Shown here in pieces: positions 19,085 to 29,545 of a stretch of DNA of 59,688 nucleotides. Position numbers and translations under genes: made by a program. The DNA comes from Gemmatimonadota bacterium (GTDB lineage: Bacteria > Gemmatimonadota > Gemmatimonadetes > Palauibacterales > Palauibacteraceae). A model generated the notes under the pieces. The model worked only from the letters and a program-made list of their open reading frames with translations, ran no database searches and had not been told where the DNA came from. The stretch lies in assembly GCA_039587445.1 (NCBI GenBank), contig JBDHIM010000004.1, forward strand, positions 1 to 59,688. Reading direction: 5' to 3'. The first letter of the stretch is position 1. Every line of letters starts with the position of its first letter.

Positions 19085-20893
19085 TCAGCGGCGCTGGAAC
19101 TCGGGTGATCCGAGGGCGAGGCCGAGCGCGAGCTCGTTCGGTCCGGCCCCCCGGCGCAGCTCGGCGAGGGCCCCCTCGAGGCCCGCGAAGTCGCTCCGGA
19201 TCTCCGTCTGTATCACTTCCTGCAACGCGGCGGTCTCCGCGCCGGGCAGCAGATCGGCGAGCATCCGATCCACCGACTGTCGCGACAGTGATCCGGGGAC
19301 CCGAACGTTCTGGATCCCTCCCGTCGCCATCGCGAGGCCCAGATTCATGCGCTGGAGGAGCGCCGCCCCGCTCGCCCATTCCTCGGACTCCGCCGGATAG
19401 CCGGTCGGGGGCGACGACATGTAGGGTATCTGGTCGAGGGCGCGCAGCTGCTCCGCTAGCCCGCGCGAGGGGCCGAACTCGGCGCCCGTCACCCTGAGCG
19501 CGCTGGCGACGAGCTCGAACGGGGTCTTCAGCTTCGCGCCGATGTTCTCCGGATCGTAGAAGTGCTCCGACGTGAACAGAGCCCGCGTGACCTCGCGCAG
19601 GTCGCCGCGGGTCTCGAGGAAGACCGCTGCCAGTTCATCCACGAGCGCCGGAGGCGGATCGTCCGCGACGAAGGCCCCCGCCAGCTTGGTCACGACGTGC
19701 CTGGCGGTCGACGGGTGCACGGCCAACATCCTGAGCACGTCGAGCCCGTCCTCGATTCCTCTCCCCGCAGAGAGCTCTCGTCCCAGCACCGTCTTCTCGC
19801 CCGGGTCGTGCCACTCGGGCCGGAAGACGAACTGACCGGCCGACGCGTTGCCGTCCGAAACCATCCTGCTGGCGCGATCCCTACCGCCACTGCGGCCGGG
19901 CAGCTGCATGGTCCAGCCCGTGAAGGCGCGCGCCACCTCGATCACGTCCTCCTGCGTGTATCCACCGTCGACCCCCAGCGTGTGAAGCTCCAGAAGCTCC
20001 CGGGCGTAGTTCTCGTTGAGGCCCCGCTGGCGCCCGGTTTGCCGCTTCATCGCATCCTCGATCCGGGCGATCTGTTCCTCCGGCACGCCGCGCATCCGAA
20101 GCACGACTTCGCGCTCCCGCGCCGACATGTTCTGGAAGCGGGTCCGAGCCCTCTGCTGCCGGGCCGCTCGCGGGTTCAGGGAGTCCGGCACCTGGCTCTG
20201 CCAGTTGTCCAGGTACACGAGCATCGCAGGGTGCGAGGCGGTGGCGATGAGCATGTCCTCGAACTCGCCGAACACGTTGGGCCGTATCGCCTCGCGCTCG
20301 TAGTCGCCGACGAACCAGCGATCCGGCCCTTTGGCGAAGAAGACGTTGAAGTGGTTGAACCAGAAGTCGGTCATCACCTCTTCGAGCTGGCGTTCCGAGT
20401 CCACCGCTCGCACCAGCTTGGCGCCGGCGAGGTCGAAGAGGATTCGGTTCGGGCTCTGGATGCCGAGTTCTCGCCGCATGCGGCGCATCTCGTCGCGAGA
20501 GACGGAATCCGGTTTGCCGAGGCGTGCCCGTGCGACCCGAGGAGGCGGGTAGGCCGCGTAGAGCTCCGATACCGACATCTCGGCGGCAGGGAAGGTAGTC
20601 AGCCGCTCTTCGAGCTCGGAGTCGTCGATTCGCTCCGGTGAGAGCTGCCGTTCGAGCCACGCTTCGAGACCGAGGTCCAGAGCCCCGGCCAGATCCTGCG
20701 GGCGCACGCCGTAGGTGGCCCGCCTCAGGAGATGGAGCGCTCGGGTGGTGTCACCCTCGGCCCCATCCGGGATCGGTGCCTGCGCCCTGGCGGGCGCCTC
20801 GAGAGCGGTGAGAATCATGCTGGCGGCGAACGCTCTCGCGAAGGTCCTCCGACCCCTGTGCCAGTCCCTCGAAGTGTGCGCCACGGTCCTCAT
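19085..20893 (-). CDS. DUF1800 family protein
   Basis: HLLRRATYG, EVMTDFWFNHFNV, MLVYLDN, NENYARELLELHTLG, ARAFTGW, SPEFQRR; usual partner of DUF1501. Start uncertain (20893 or 20926). Confidence 0.9.
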   Translation of the reverse strand: MRTVAHTSRDWHRGRRTFARAFAASMILTALEAPARAQAPIPDGAEGDTTRALHLLRRATYGVRPQDLAGALDLGLEAWLERQLSPERIDDSELEERLTTFPAAEMSVSELYAAYPPPRVARARLGKPDSVSRDEMRRMRRELGIQSPNRILFDLAGAKLVRAVDSERQLEEVMTDFWFNHFNVFFAKGPDRWFVGDYEREAIRPNVFGEFEDMLIATASHPAMLVYLDNWQSQVPDSLNPRAARQQRARTRFQNMSAREREVVLRMRGVPEEQIARIEDAMKRQTGRQRGLNENYARELLELHTLGVDGGYTQEDVIEVARAFTGWTMQLPGRSGGRDRASRMVSDGNASAGQFVFRPEWHDPGEKTVLGRELSAGRGIEDGLDVLRMLAVHPSTARHVVTKLAGAFVADDPPPALVDELAAVFLETRGDLREVTRALFTSEHFYDPENIGAKLKTPFELVASALRVTGAEFGPSRGLAEQLRALDQIPYMSSPPTGYPAESEEWASGAALLQRMNLGLAMATGGIQNVRVPGSLSRQSVDRMLADLLPGAETAALQEVIQTEIRSDFAGLEGALAELRRGAGPNELALGLALGSPEFQRR

Positions 20894-21005
20894 CCTCCCA
20901 CCTCTCCTGCCTGCACCCTTCCACAAGCGGCCGCGGTCACCTTCACGGCCGGTCTTCGTTCGTGGTGACGCGGGGGATGGATGCTTCGTTAACCGGTCCG
21001 GCCGG

Positions 21006-22202
21006 TCAGGGTGCTCGAACCAGCCTCACGACACGTCCGTTATCCGATAGGATGTACAGCTCTCCTGCTGCATCCCGGCCGAAGGAGAGCACCGAGCCCA
21101 ACCCATCGACATTCCACTCCGTCCGCTCGGTGGCGTCCGCGCCATCGAAGCGGAAGCTGCGCAGGAAGGCGGTGCAGAAGTCCGAGTAGAAGTAGTGCCC
21201 GACGACCTCAGGGATGGCACTACCGCGGTACACGAGGCCGCCCGTCACCGAGCAGCCCTCTCCGTGGTCGTACTCCAGCGCGGGAAGCACGAGGCCCGTG
21301 TCGTTGCAACCTCCACCCCCGAAGCAGCTGCTGCCCTCCATGATCCGCCAGCCGTAGTTGAGGCCGCTCTCGTCGTCGCCGACGACGTTGACCTCCTCCA
21401 GGCTGTTCTGGCCGACATCGGCGATGTAGAGCGTAGAGGTCGTCGGGTCAAAGGCGATCCGCCACGGGTTCCGGAGTCCGATCGCCCAGATCTCGTTCCC
21501 GAACGGGTTGTCGCTCGGAATCGCATAGGGGTCCCCGCCGTCGACGTCCAGCCGCAGCAGTGAGCCCAGCAGGTTTCCCGAGTTCTGCCCGTTGTTAAAC
21601 GGATCTCCGGCGCCGCCTCCGTCGCCGAGCGCGATGAAGAGATTGCCGTCGGGCCCGAATAGGATGTGGCCGCCGTTGTGGTTCGAGAAAGGCTGAGGCA
21701 CGGTGAGAATCAGCTTCGCCGACCCGCCGTTCGCGACATCCGGATCGGCGCTCACGGCGTACCGCTCGACTCGGGTGTCGCCATCAACGTCCGTGTAATC
21801 GACGTAGAACAGCCCATTCGCGCCGTAATCGGGATGAAAGGCCAAGCTCAGCAGACCCTGCTCAGTGCTGCCGCTCAGCTTGGACGAGATGTCGAGGAAG
21901 GGTGCGGTCAACACGACCCCGTTCTTCACGATACGGATCCGCCCCATCTGCTCCACGATGAAGAGTCGGTCGTCACCCGCGGGCGCGGTCAGGTAGAGGG
22001 GCCTAGTGAGGCCAGTAGCGACGGTCTCGGTGGTCAGCGAGAACTCGCCAGCGGGGGGAGGTGGTGGCGGAGCGGGTGGAGGTGCCGGATTGGTGCCCGT
22101 GTCGGATGCGCATGCCGAAATGGCCAGCATCACGGCGCCGGCGCTGCACCTCCGGCGTGGAAGATCGCTAGATGAAAGCGGTCGCGATCGGAACACTGTC
22201 AC
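21006..22202 (-). CDS. Glucose/sorbosone (PQQ-dependent) dehydrogenase family lipoprotein
   Basis: Lipobox ISAC, Pro-rich linker, EQGLLSLAFHP, NHNGG, GDGGG, GLRNPWR, DVGQ, NYGW; start uncertain. Confidence 0.88.
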   Translation of the reverse strand: MTVFRSRPLSSSDLPRRRCSAGAVMLAISACASDTGTNPAPPPAPPPPPPAGEFSLTTETVATGLTRPLYLTAPAGDDRLFIVEQMGRIRIVKNGVVLTAPFLDISSKLSGSTEQGLLSLAFHPDYGANGLFYVDYTDVDGDTRVERYAVSADPDVANGGSAKLILTVPQPFSNHNGGHILFGPDGNLFIALGDGGGAGDPFNNGQNSGNLLGSLLRLDVDGGDPYAIPSDNPFGNEIWAIGLRNPWRIAFDPTTSTLYIADVGQNSLEEVNVVGDDESGLNYGWRIMEGSSCFGGGGCNDTGLVLPALEYDHGEGCSVTGGLVYRGSAIPEVVGHYFYSDFCTAFLRSFRFDGADATERTEWNVDGLGSVLSFGRDAAGELYILSDNGRVVRLVRAP

Positions 22203-22443
22203 CGTAACCTCTATTATTTTAATAGCTTGCCGTCACTCACGGTCCGGGCCATCGCCCGCCGGAGTTGGAAGGCATAACGACGGCGCCGTCGGAAGTGCCG
22301 GTGTAGAGACAGGGTGGATCTGCCGGGCGTCACGATTCACGCCCGGCATCCGTTTCTTCGTCAAGACGGGAGGTGATGGTGCGTTCCAATGGGTCCTGAC
22401 GAAGGCCGCACGGCCAGGCGCGCCCACCATACCCCACCGTTTG

Positions 22444-22472
22444 TTGACAAAGCGTGCCTCACACCACAGGAT
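22444..22472 (+). promoter_or_regulatory. Possible sigma70 promoter for the susC-like gene
   Basis: TTGACA (22444-22449), 17-nt spacer, weak -10 CAGGAT. Confidence 0.35.
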
Positions 22473-22577
22473 TTCGGAGTTTTCGTGGGGAGCGGAACGG
22501 CCGGGAGACCGCGAACGGCTGCCGCTTCGGTGTGGATGGGTTTCATGACATTTACTGTCGCGGTTGGGAGGGGCCCC

Positions 22578-25500
22578 ATGAGGAAACTCGGTTTGCTCAC
22601 CACCCTATTCCTCCTTGTCTTCAGCACATCCGCTATGGCCCAGCAGAGAACCGTCACGGGTCAGGTGCGCGATGACGTGACGAACGAGGAGATCTCGTTC
22701 CCCCAGATCACGGTCGACGGCACCACGGTCGGCACGGTGGGGGGCGAGGACGGTCGGTTCGCGCTTCAGGTTTCAGGCGTGGTGCGTCTCATCGTCCAGC
22801 GGATCGGCTACCGCTCGTCGATCATCGACGTGGCGGCCGATCAGCAGGTTGTCGATGTGACGCTGACTGTCGACTACCTGCGGGTGGAGGAGCTGGTGGT
22901 GACCGGGCGCGCCACTGAGACGAGGCGCGCGAACCTGCCCAACTCCGTGGGCACGATCGATGGGACGGAGATCAACCAGGTTCCGCAGGAGACGATCGAC
23001 AAGGCCATTGCGGGCCGGGTCGCGGGAGCCGTGATCGCGCAGAACTCGGGCGCGCCGGGCGGTGGGATCCAGCTGAATATCCGTGGCTCTTCCTCGATCA
23101 ACGCCCAGGCTGAGCCGCTCTACGTAATAGACGGCGTGATCGCGAGCAACGCTGGAATCGCGTCAGCCCAGAACGAGCTTACGAATGCTGCGGGCGGTTC
23201 CGCGACGTCCGGCTCGGCGTTCGATCAGGACGTGGTCCAGAACCGGATCGCCGACATCAACCCGGCGGACATCGAGACGATCGAGGTGCTGAAGGGAGCC
23301 TCGGCGTCCGCGATCTACGGCTCGAAGGCGAGCAACGGCGTCGTGATTATCACGACCAAGAAGGGCTCCGGCCCGAATACGGTCCGCCTCGCCTTCCAGG
23401 GCGGCGCCTTCGACCTGTCCAACAAACTCGGATCGCGCGAGTTCGCCTCTGCGGACGATGCCTCTAGCGCCTTCGGTACGACGGCAGCTGACTTCTGTAC
23501 GTCGAGTCCCTGCCAGATCTTCGACAACGAGCAGGAGCTGGCGGGCCGCAACGCCTTTTCCTGGCAAGGCGACATCCAGGTCAGCGGCGGGCAGCCCGGC
23601 AGCACTACCTACTTCGGCTCGGGCCAGTGGCGCGACGACGAGGGGATCATCCGAAACACAGGCTTCGACCGGCAGTCGGGCCGCCTGAACGTGAACACCG
23701 TCGTCGGCGGCGTGGCCGACTTCAGCTTCAACACGAACCTGATTCGCACGAACGCCCGCCGCGGGATCACCAACAACGGCAACAACACGATCAGCTACTA
23801 CATGGTGTTTCCGAATACACCCAACTTCATCGACCTCCAGTCCACCGTGGACGCCAACGGAAACGAGATCTTTCCGCAAAACGTGTTCGTCCAGGCTGGC
23901 AGCAATCCGCTGCAAACGGCTGCATTGGTCGACAACAACGAGACCGTGTGGCGTCTGCTCGGGTCGATGAACATGGATCTGTCGCTCGTAAACACCGACA
24001 AGAACAGGTTCCAGATCATCGCGCCGGTGGGGGTCGACTACTTCGACCAGAACAATCGCCTCTTCGCGCCTCCGGAGACCTTCTGGGAGAGCGTCGACGG
24101 GCTTCCCGGCACTGTGGTGGAAAGCACCACGGGTGCATTGAACATCAATGCTGGAGCGAACGCCGTCTGGGCGCATCAGTTTTCCGGCAGTCAGCTGACG
24201 TCGTCGGTCGGTCTCGGATACGAGCTTCGCGACGTCAAGACCAACCGGATCATCGGGCGGGACCTGACGGCCGGCAAGAACAAAGCCGATGCAGCGACTC
24301 AGGTCGACATTCGTGAGAATCAAAGCAAAATCGAAGACTTCGGCTTCTACATCCAGGAGGAGTGGATCGGGGTGGACGACCGGCTGCTCCTCACCGGTAT
24401 GGTGCGCTTCGACCAAACCAGTTCGCAGGGCGATCCTGGGAAGCTCTACATATTTCCGAAGGGTGCGGCCTCCTACCGGATCATCGGCAGCGATCCTGGC
24501 AACTTCTTCAGCGAGGTCAAGCTGCGAGCCGCGTACGGTCAGAGCGGAAACCAGCCGCTGTGCGATCTCCGGGATGGCTGTCAGAAGTTCACCAGCCTGC
24601 TGATCAACCGGAACATCGAAGGCGAGGCGGGAACGATCCTAGAGGGCACGGCGGGCTCGCCGGTGTTGGCTCCCGAGCGGATGGCGGAGTTCGAGGCAGG
24701 GATTGACATCACCGGTCTCAACGACCGCGTCACGCTAGAGCTGACGGGATACCTGCAAAACGTCACGGATGTCATTCTGCAGCGGACGCTCTCCCCGTCG
24801 ACCGGTTTCGGGAACCAGATCGCAAACTCCGCCAAACTCCGCAACTGGGGAATCGAAACCACGATCGGCTGGACGCCATTTGTCTCCAGCAGCTTCACTT
24901 GGCTGTCGCGGACCGTCTTCTTCTTCAACAAGAGCCAGGTACGAGACCTCGCGGGCCTGCCTCCGTTCTCTGCCGACCCCGGCTTCGGCCTGATCCTGGG
25001 CGAGTTCCTGATCCAGGAGGGTGAATCCCTCACCCAGATGGTGGGGACGGACACTTCCTGCACGGGCAATCCTGCTGTCGACGAGCCGGTGAACGGGGCG
25101 GAGGCCTGCCTCGTTACGTCCGAGTTCGGCGGCACGGGGCAGGCGGCCCTGCGAAAGAACGGGGACTCGGAGCCTACGTTCACGATGTCGTTCGTGAACG
25201 ACTTCACGATCGTCCGAAACCTGAACCTCTATACGATGTTCGAGTGGAGGTACGGGCAGGACATCATCAACCTGACGGAGCTGCTGTACGACTTCGGCCA
25301 GAACTCGGCCGACTGGAACGCCGAGGACGGGGTCGTCGACAACTGGGTCGACTGCAATCCGAACTGCGCGGGCGAAGAGAGGCTTCCGGGCTTCGGGAGT
25401 GTCACGTACCCATGGACACAGGCCGCCTCCTTCTTCAAGGCGCGGGACATCTCGCTCACGTACAGCCTGCCGTCCAGCTGGGCGAGGTCCTTCTTCAACT

Positions 25501-25673
25501 CTCAGCAGATCCGCTTCCGGCTTGCCATGCGCAACCTGTTCACGATCACCAATTACAAGGGCCTCGATCCCGAAGTGAGCAACTTCGGAAACCAGCAGAT
25601 AGGACGGAGCATCGACGTGGCGCCGTTCCCCCCAAGCCGCAGTGTATGGCTGGGCTTCGATATCGCGCTGTAG
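22578..25673 (+). CDS. SusC/RagA family TonB-dependent outer membrane receptor
   Basis: Signal peptide (AMA/QQ), N-terminal extension domain, EELVVTG, plug motifs PLYVIDG and DINPADIETIEVLKGASASAIYGSKASNGVVIITTK, YKGLDPE near the C-terminus; ATG 22578 after GGAGG. Confidence 0.95.
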   Translation: MRKLGLLTTLFLLVFSTSAMAQQRTVTGQVRDDVTNEEISFPQITVDGTTVGTVGGEDGRFALQVSGVVRLIVQRIGYRSSIIDVAADQQVVDVTLTVDYLRVEELVVTGRATETRRANLPNSVGTIDGTEINQVPQETIDKAIAGRVAGAVIAQNSGAPGGGIQLNIRGSSSINAQAEPLYVIDGVIASNAGIASAQNELTNAAGGSATSGSAFDQDVVQNRIADINPADIETIEVLKGASASAIYGSKASNGVVIITTKKGSGPNTVRLAFQGGAFDLSNKLGSREFASADDASSAFGTTAADFCTSSPCQIFDNEQELAGRNAFSWQGDIQVSGGQPGSTTYFGSGQWRDDEGIIRNTGFDRQSGRLNVNTVVGGVADFSFNTNLIRTNARRGITNNGNNTISYYMVFPNTPNFIDLQSTVDANGNEIFPQNVFVQAGSNPLQTAALVDNNETVWRLLGSMNMDLSLVNTDKNRFQIIAPVGVDYFDQNNRLFAPPETFWESVDGLPGTVVESTTGALNINAGANAVWAHQFSGSQLTSSVGLGYELRDVKTNRIIGRDLTAGKNKADAATQVDIRENQSKIEDFGFYIQEEWIGVDDRLLLTGMVRFDQTSSQGDPGKLYIFPKGAASYRIIGSDPGNFFSEVKLRAAYGQSGNQPLCDLRDGCQKFTSLLINRNIEGEAGTILEGTAGSPVLAPERMAEFEAGIDITGLNDRVTLELTGYLQNVTDVILQRTLSPSTGFGNQIANSAKLRNWGIETTIGWTPFVSSSFTWLSRTVFFFNKSQVRDLAGLPPFSADPGFGLILGEFLIQEGESLTQMVGTDTSCTGNPAVDEPVNGAEACLVTSEFGGTGQAALRKNGDSEPTFTMSFVNDFTIVRNLNLYTMFEWRYGQDIINLTELLYDFGQNSADWNAEDGVVDNWVDCNPNCAGEERLPGFGSVTYPWTQAASFFKARDISLTYSLPSSWARSFFNSQQIRFRLAMRNLFTITNYKGLDPEVSNFGNQQIGRSIDVAPFPPSRSVWLGFDIAL

Positions 25674-25731
25674 CCCGCTGATGGACATGAGGAGCGAAGA
25701 GAATCGGCCTATTCACAGGAGAAATAGAGCG

Positions 25732-27192
25732 ATGACGCGAAAGCTGAGCTTCCTGGTCCTCGCGGGCGCACTGTTCGTGGGGATGAGCAGCTGTCAAAAC
25801 CTGACTTCACCGAACTTCAACTTCGAGGACCTCCAGAACCTAGTCGACAACCCGACCCCGACCGGCCTGTTCACGGCCGCGCAGGGCATGCTGGTTACCC
25901 GTCGCGACATGGACGCGAACGGTCCGAACGACCAGTACGCCCAGACCGGAATCATGGGTCGGGAGAGCTACAACCTTGACGTGAACGACCCGCGCTTCGG
26001 CGTGGAGATGCTGAACGCGACGCTGGACGCCGAGAGCCCGGCGTTCGGCGCCAACTACTGGTCGGAGCCGTACGAGAACGTTCGCGTGGCGGACATCATT
26101 CTGACCGGCATCCCTAACTCGACGCCGCCGCTCTCGGACAACGAGGCGCAGTGGCTTCAGGGCTTCGTCAAGACGATGGTGGCCTACGACTTCATGACGA
26201 TCGCGTTGCTCCGGGATACGCAGTGCGGTTGTCCGATCACGGTCTCGGAGAATCTGACGGAACCCGCGCCCGCCGTGAGCGTCGATCAGGTATGGGCGCA
26301 CCTCATCGGACTATTGGAGGAGGCGAAGGGCCACCTCCAGCAGGCGAGTGGTCCATCCCCGATTGCGCTATCGACGGGGTTCGACGGGATCACCGGTGTC
26401 GTCGAGGTGGGCTTCTTCCGGGACGCGGAGGGCTTTCTCCAGTTCAACCGTGCGATCCGGGCGCGGGCGGCCATGTATAACGAGGACTGGGCCGGCGTGC
26501 TCCAGGCGTTGTCCGAGTCGTTCATCAACGACGCGGCGTCGCTGGATCTGGGCGTCTACCACGCTTTCAGCTCGCAGTCGGGCGATGTTCTCAACGGGTT
26601 CGCTCAGTTCGGCGACAACCCGAACCTTCGTGCCCACCCGTACTACAAAGCGGATGCGGAGCTCAAGGCCGACGGGAGCCCCGACGATCGTTTCACGCGC
26701 AAGACTCGCCCCGCGACGACTCGGCCATACAATGGCCAGTTGTGCCTGGGCGACGCGAGCCCCACGCCCTGGGCGGCGGATCCGCGATACGTAGAGGATC
26801 CTGGGGGCAGTGGCAACCAGCGGGACTGCGACGTCGCATTCGACCTCTACCCGACGACGACGACGCCCCTGCCGGTCATCCGAAACGAGGAGCTGATCCT
26901 GATGCGGGCGGAGGCCAACATCCGGGGGGGCAACCTTGGCGCCGCGCAGACCGACATCAACCTGGTGCGGGACCTGAGCGGCGGACTGGAGCCGGTCACG
27001 TTGAGCAGCCAAGACCAAGCGATCGACCAGCTGCTCTACGAGCGGCGCTACTCCCTGTGGTGGGAGTACGGTCACCGCTGGCTCGACATGCGGCGCTACG
27101 ACCGTCTGGACGAGCTACCGGTGGATGACGCCGGAATGGGCGTGGCCAGCTTTTATCCGATTCCGGGGGACGAGACCAGAGGTCGCTTGTAA
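25732..27192 (+). CDS. SusD/RagB family nutrient-binding lipoprotein
   Basis: Lipobox MSSC, IRNEELILMRAEA, YERRYSLWWEYGHRWLDMRRY, YPIP..E; directly after the SusC-like gene. Confidence 0.92.
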   Translation: MTRKLSFLVLAGALFVGMSSCQNLTSPNFNFEDLQNLVDNPTPTGLFTAAQGMLVTRRDMDANGPNDQYAQTGIMGRESYNLDVNDPRFGVEMLNATLDAESPAFGANYWSEPYENVRVADIILTGIPNSTPPLSDNEAQWLQGFVKTMVAYDFMTIALLRDTQCGCPITVSENLTEPAPAVSVDQVWAHLIGLLEEAKGHLQQASGPSPIALSTGFDGITGVVEVGFFRDAEGFLQFNRAIRARAAMYNEDWAGVLQALSESFINDAASLDLGVYHAFSSQSGDVLNGFAQFGDNPNLRAHPYYKADAELKADGSPDDRFTRKTRPATTRPYNGQLCLGDASPTPWAADPRYVEDPGGSGNQRDCDVAFDLYPTTTTPLPVIRNEELILMRAEANIRGGNLGAAQTDINLVRDLSGGLEPVTLSSQDQAIDQLLYERRYSLWWEYGHRWLDMRRYDRLDELPVDDAGMGVASFYPIPGDETRGRL

Positions 27193-27225
27193 GCGGTCTC
27201 AACCCCTGTTAGTAGCAGAAAAGGC

Positions 27226-27261
27226 GAAAGCCGGCGGCTCTCGGTCGCCGGCTTTCTCTTG
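27226..27261. terminator. Intrinsic terminator between convergent genes, probably bidirectional
   Basis: GAAAGCCGGCGGC...GTCGCCGGCTTTC hairpin followed by TCTT and preceded by an A-run. Confidence 0.75.
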
Positions 27262-27320
27262 TCGTCGAATCCCGACCGCGCCGCCGTCGGCGCGCCCCGC
27301 GAACCACGCGGGAACGACCC

Positions 27321-28391
27321 TCAGACGTGCTCCTTTTCTCTCCCCCTGCGAAGCGCATCTTCGGCGACCCGACGGGCGCCGTGCACGGGAGACTCTCCGC
27401 GCTCCTTCGCCGCGGAGAAGATCCGGTCGAGCGTGTTTTCGATCTCGCCCACGCGCCCGCGCATGGCCTCCTCGTTCGATTCGCCGAGGTGCATCATGCC
27501 GAAGGCGATCGCGCCGCCGGCGTTCACGACATAGTCGGGCGCGTAGAGGACTCCCCGCTCGTGCAGCGACTCGGCGTCCTCCGCCCTGTCCAGCTGGTTG
27601 TTGGCGGAGCCAGCGACGATCCGACAGGCCAGATGGGGGATCGTCTCCCGGTTGAGGATCGCGCCGACGGCGCACGGGGCGAAGACATCGCACGGCGTCC
27701 TGTATGTTTCGGAGACGGGAATCGCACGCCCGTCGAGCTCGGAGGCAAAGCGGTGCGCGAGGGCGTCATCGATATCGGCGACGAGAACCTCGGCGCCGGC
27801 ATCGGCTAACATCCGGGCCAGCGGCGCGCCCACGTCTCCGGCGCCCTGGATCAACACGGCTTTTCCGGCGACGTCGGCACTGCCGTCCGCGGCCTTCAGA
27901 CTCGACCGAATCCCGGCGAGGACGCCGAGAGCGGTGTACGGTCCCGGGTCTTCTGTGCCAGACCCCGAAACGCCGTGTCCCATGACGTACTGCGATGATT
28001 CCGCCAGGACATCCATGTCCTCCGGCGTGGTTCCGAGATCGACGCCGGTGGCGTATCCACCGTGCAGCGACTCGAGCAGGCGGCCGAATCGGCGGAGCAA
28101 GCCCCGCCTCTCTTCTCCCTCCAGAGGCCGCGGAATTGCCAGCACGGACTTTCCACCGCCGAATGGAAAATCGATCGCGGCCCATTTGTAGGTCATGCCC
28201 TGAGCGAGCCGCATCGCGTCCCGGGCCCCGTCCTCGGGGGCCGGATATGGCTGCATCCGACATCCGCCCACCATCGGGCCCAACGTCGCGTCATGGAGGG
28301 CGATGAACATCCATGTGCCCGTATCGTGGTCGTAGCCCTGGACCACGCCCAAGCCGTTCCATTCCGTCAGTAGCTCCCTCATCCCGTTCAT
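27321..28391 (-). CDS. Leu/Phe/Val family amino acid dehydrogenase
   Basis: LGPMVGGCR, GMTYK, GGGKSV, DLGT, QGAGDVG, GSANNQL, YAPDYVVNAGG. Confidence 0.92.
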   Translation of the reverse strand: MNGMRELLTEWNGLGVVQGYDHDTGTWMFIALHDATLGPMVGGCRMQPYPAPEDGARDAMRLAQGMTYKWAAIDFPFGGGKSVLAIPRPLEGEERRGLLRRFGRLLESLHGGYATGVDLGTTPEDMDVLAESSQYVMGHGVSGSGTEDPGPYTALGVLAGIRSSLKAADGSADVAGKAVLIQGAGDVGAPLARMLADAGAEVLVADIDDALAHRFASELDGRAIPVSETYRTPCDVFAPCAVGAILNRETIPHLACRIVAGSANNQLDRAEDAESLHERGVLYAPDYVVNAGGAIAFGMMHLGESNEEAMRGRVGEIENTLDRIFSAAKERGESPVHGARRVAEDALRRGREKEHV

Positions 28392-28423
28392 CCCGTCACC
28401 ACCTCGCGATCTCGGTTACCTCA

Positions 28424-29461
28424 TCAGTCGGCGGCCCACTCCCCGCGTGACCCGCCCCTCAAGTATGTCGCCACAAACCTAACCGCCTCGGCCTCCGCCC
28501 AGAAGAATGGCTTCAGCGGCGTAGCCCCTCCGACAAAGCCGACGTGCCCGCCGCGCTCCACGAACCCGGCATGAAGCCAGGGATTCTCCCTCACAGCGCC
28601 ATTCTCCTCGGCAGATGTGGGGTGGAAGGGATCGTCCTTTGCCTGGAGTAGCAGCGTCGGAACCCTGATCGCGGCGAGATAGCGCAGGGAGCTGGATCGC
28701 TCGTAGTACTCCGCCGCGCTCTGGAAACCGTGAAGGGGAGCCGTGACGACCTCGTCGAAGTCACGAAGCGTGCGAGCCTCGAGGGCGGCAGCAGGATCGT
28801 AGGAAAGCGGTCCGTTTTCCGCTTTCGCGCGAACCCCGTCCCGCAACGATCGGAGGAAGAAGCGGGTGTACAGAAGACCCATGCCGCGCTCCATCCTCGC
28901 CGTTGCGGCTGCGAGATCGAAGGGCACCGAGATCCCCGCGGCCGCCGTCAGCCGTGTGCTGCCTTGGGAGCCTTGCTCACCGAGATACTTGAGCAACACG
29001 TTGCCCCCCAGCGAGAACCCGATCGCGGCGAGCGGGGCCTTGGGAGCGCGATCGTGCAGCGCGCTCAGGATGAAGTCGAGATCGCCCGTCTCACCGGCGT
29101 GGTACGCCCGGGGCCGCCGATTCGGCGAGCCGCTCCTGCCACGGAAGTTGAGCGCCGCGGCTCGAAGCCCATGTCGCTCGCACCACCGGCCGGCCTCCAC
29201 CATGTATCCCGACGCCGAGCACCCCTCCAGTCCGTGCAGCAGCAGGACGACAGGCACGAAATCCCGAGATCCCCCGGAGAGCGGCTCGCTGAAGTCGACA
29301 TCCAGGAAATCGCCGTCCGGTGTCGTGAATCTCTCGCGTATCCATGAAAGATCCCGCATACGCCGCAGCGTGCGTCCACCGATCGTCTGGCCGTGGGCTC
29401 CCGGCAGCCACCAGGCGGGTCGGAAGGGTCGGAGCGAGAACTGTCGTTCAGAAGTGTTCAA
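28424..29461 (-). CDS. YheT-like alpha/beta hydrolase
   Basis: WWLPGAHGQT, DGDFLD, HGLEG, GFSLGG nucleophile, DDPF, GGHVGF; start estimated at TTG 29461. Confidence 0.85.
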   Translation of the reverse strand: MNTSERQFSLRPFRPAWWLPGAHGQTIGGRTLRRMRDLSWIRERFTTPDGDFLDVDFSEPLSGGSRDFVPVVLLLHGLEGCSASGYMVEAGRWCERHGLRAAALNFRGRSGSPNRRPRAYHAGETGDLDFILSALHDRAPKAPLAAIGFSLGGNVLLKYLGEQGSQGSTRLTAAAGISVPFDLAAATARMERGMGLLYTRFFLRSLRDGVRAKAENGPLSYDPAAALEARTLRDFDEVVTAPLHGFQSAAEYYERSSSLRYLAAIRVPTLLLQAKDDPFHPTSAEENGAVRENPWLHAGFVERGGHVGFVGGATPLKPFFWAEAEAVRFVATYLRGGSRGEWAAD

Positions 29462-29545
29462 GTCGGCGGTCCGTTTGGTATGTTTGTCGGTCCGGAGATC
29501 CCGGCGCGTGAATCTCGGCCAGGAAACTTGCGGAATAGGGGAGCG

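Noticed and set aside
22203-22577. Riboswitch (e.g. cobalamin or TPP) ahead of the TonB-dependent receptor
   Set aside because: I could not find the conserved cores by eye; an Rfam/Infernal scan would be needed to exclude it.
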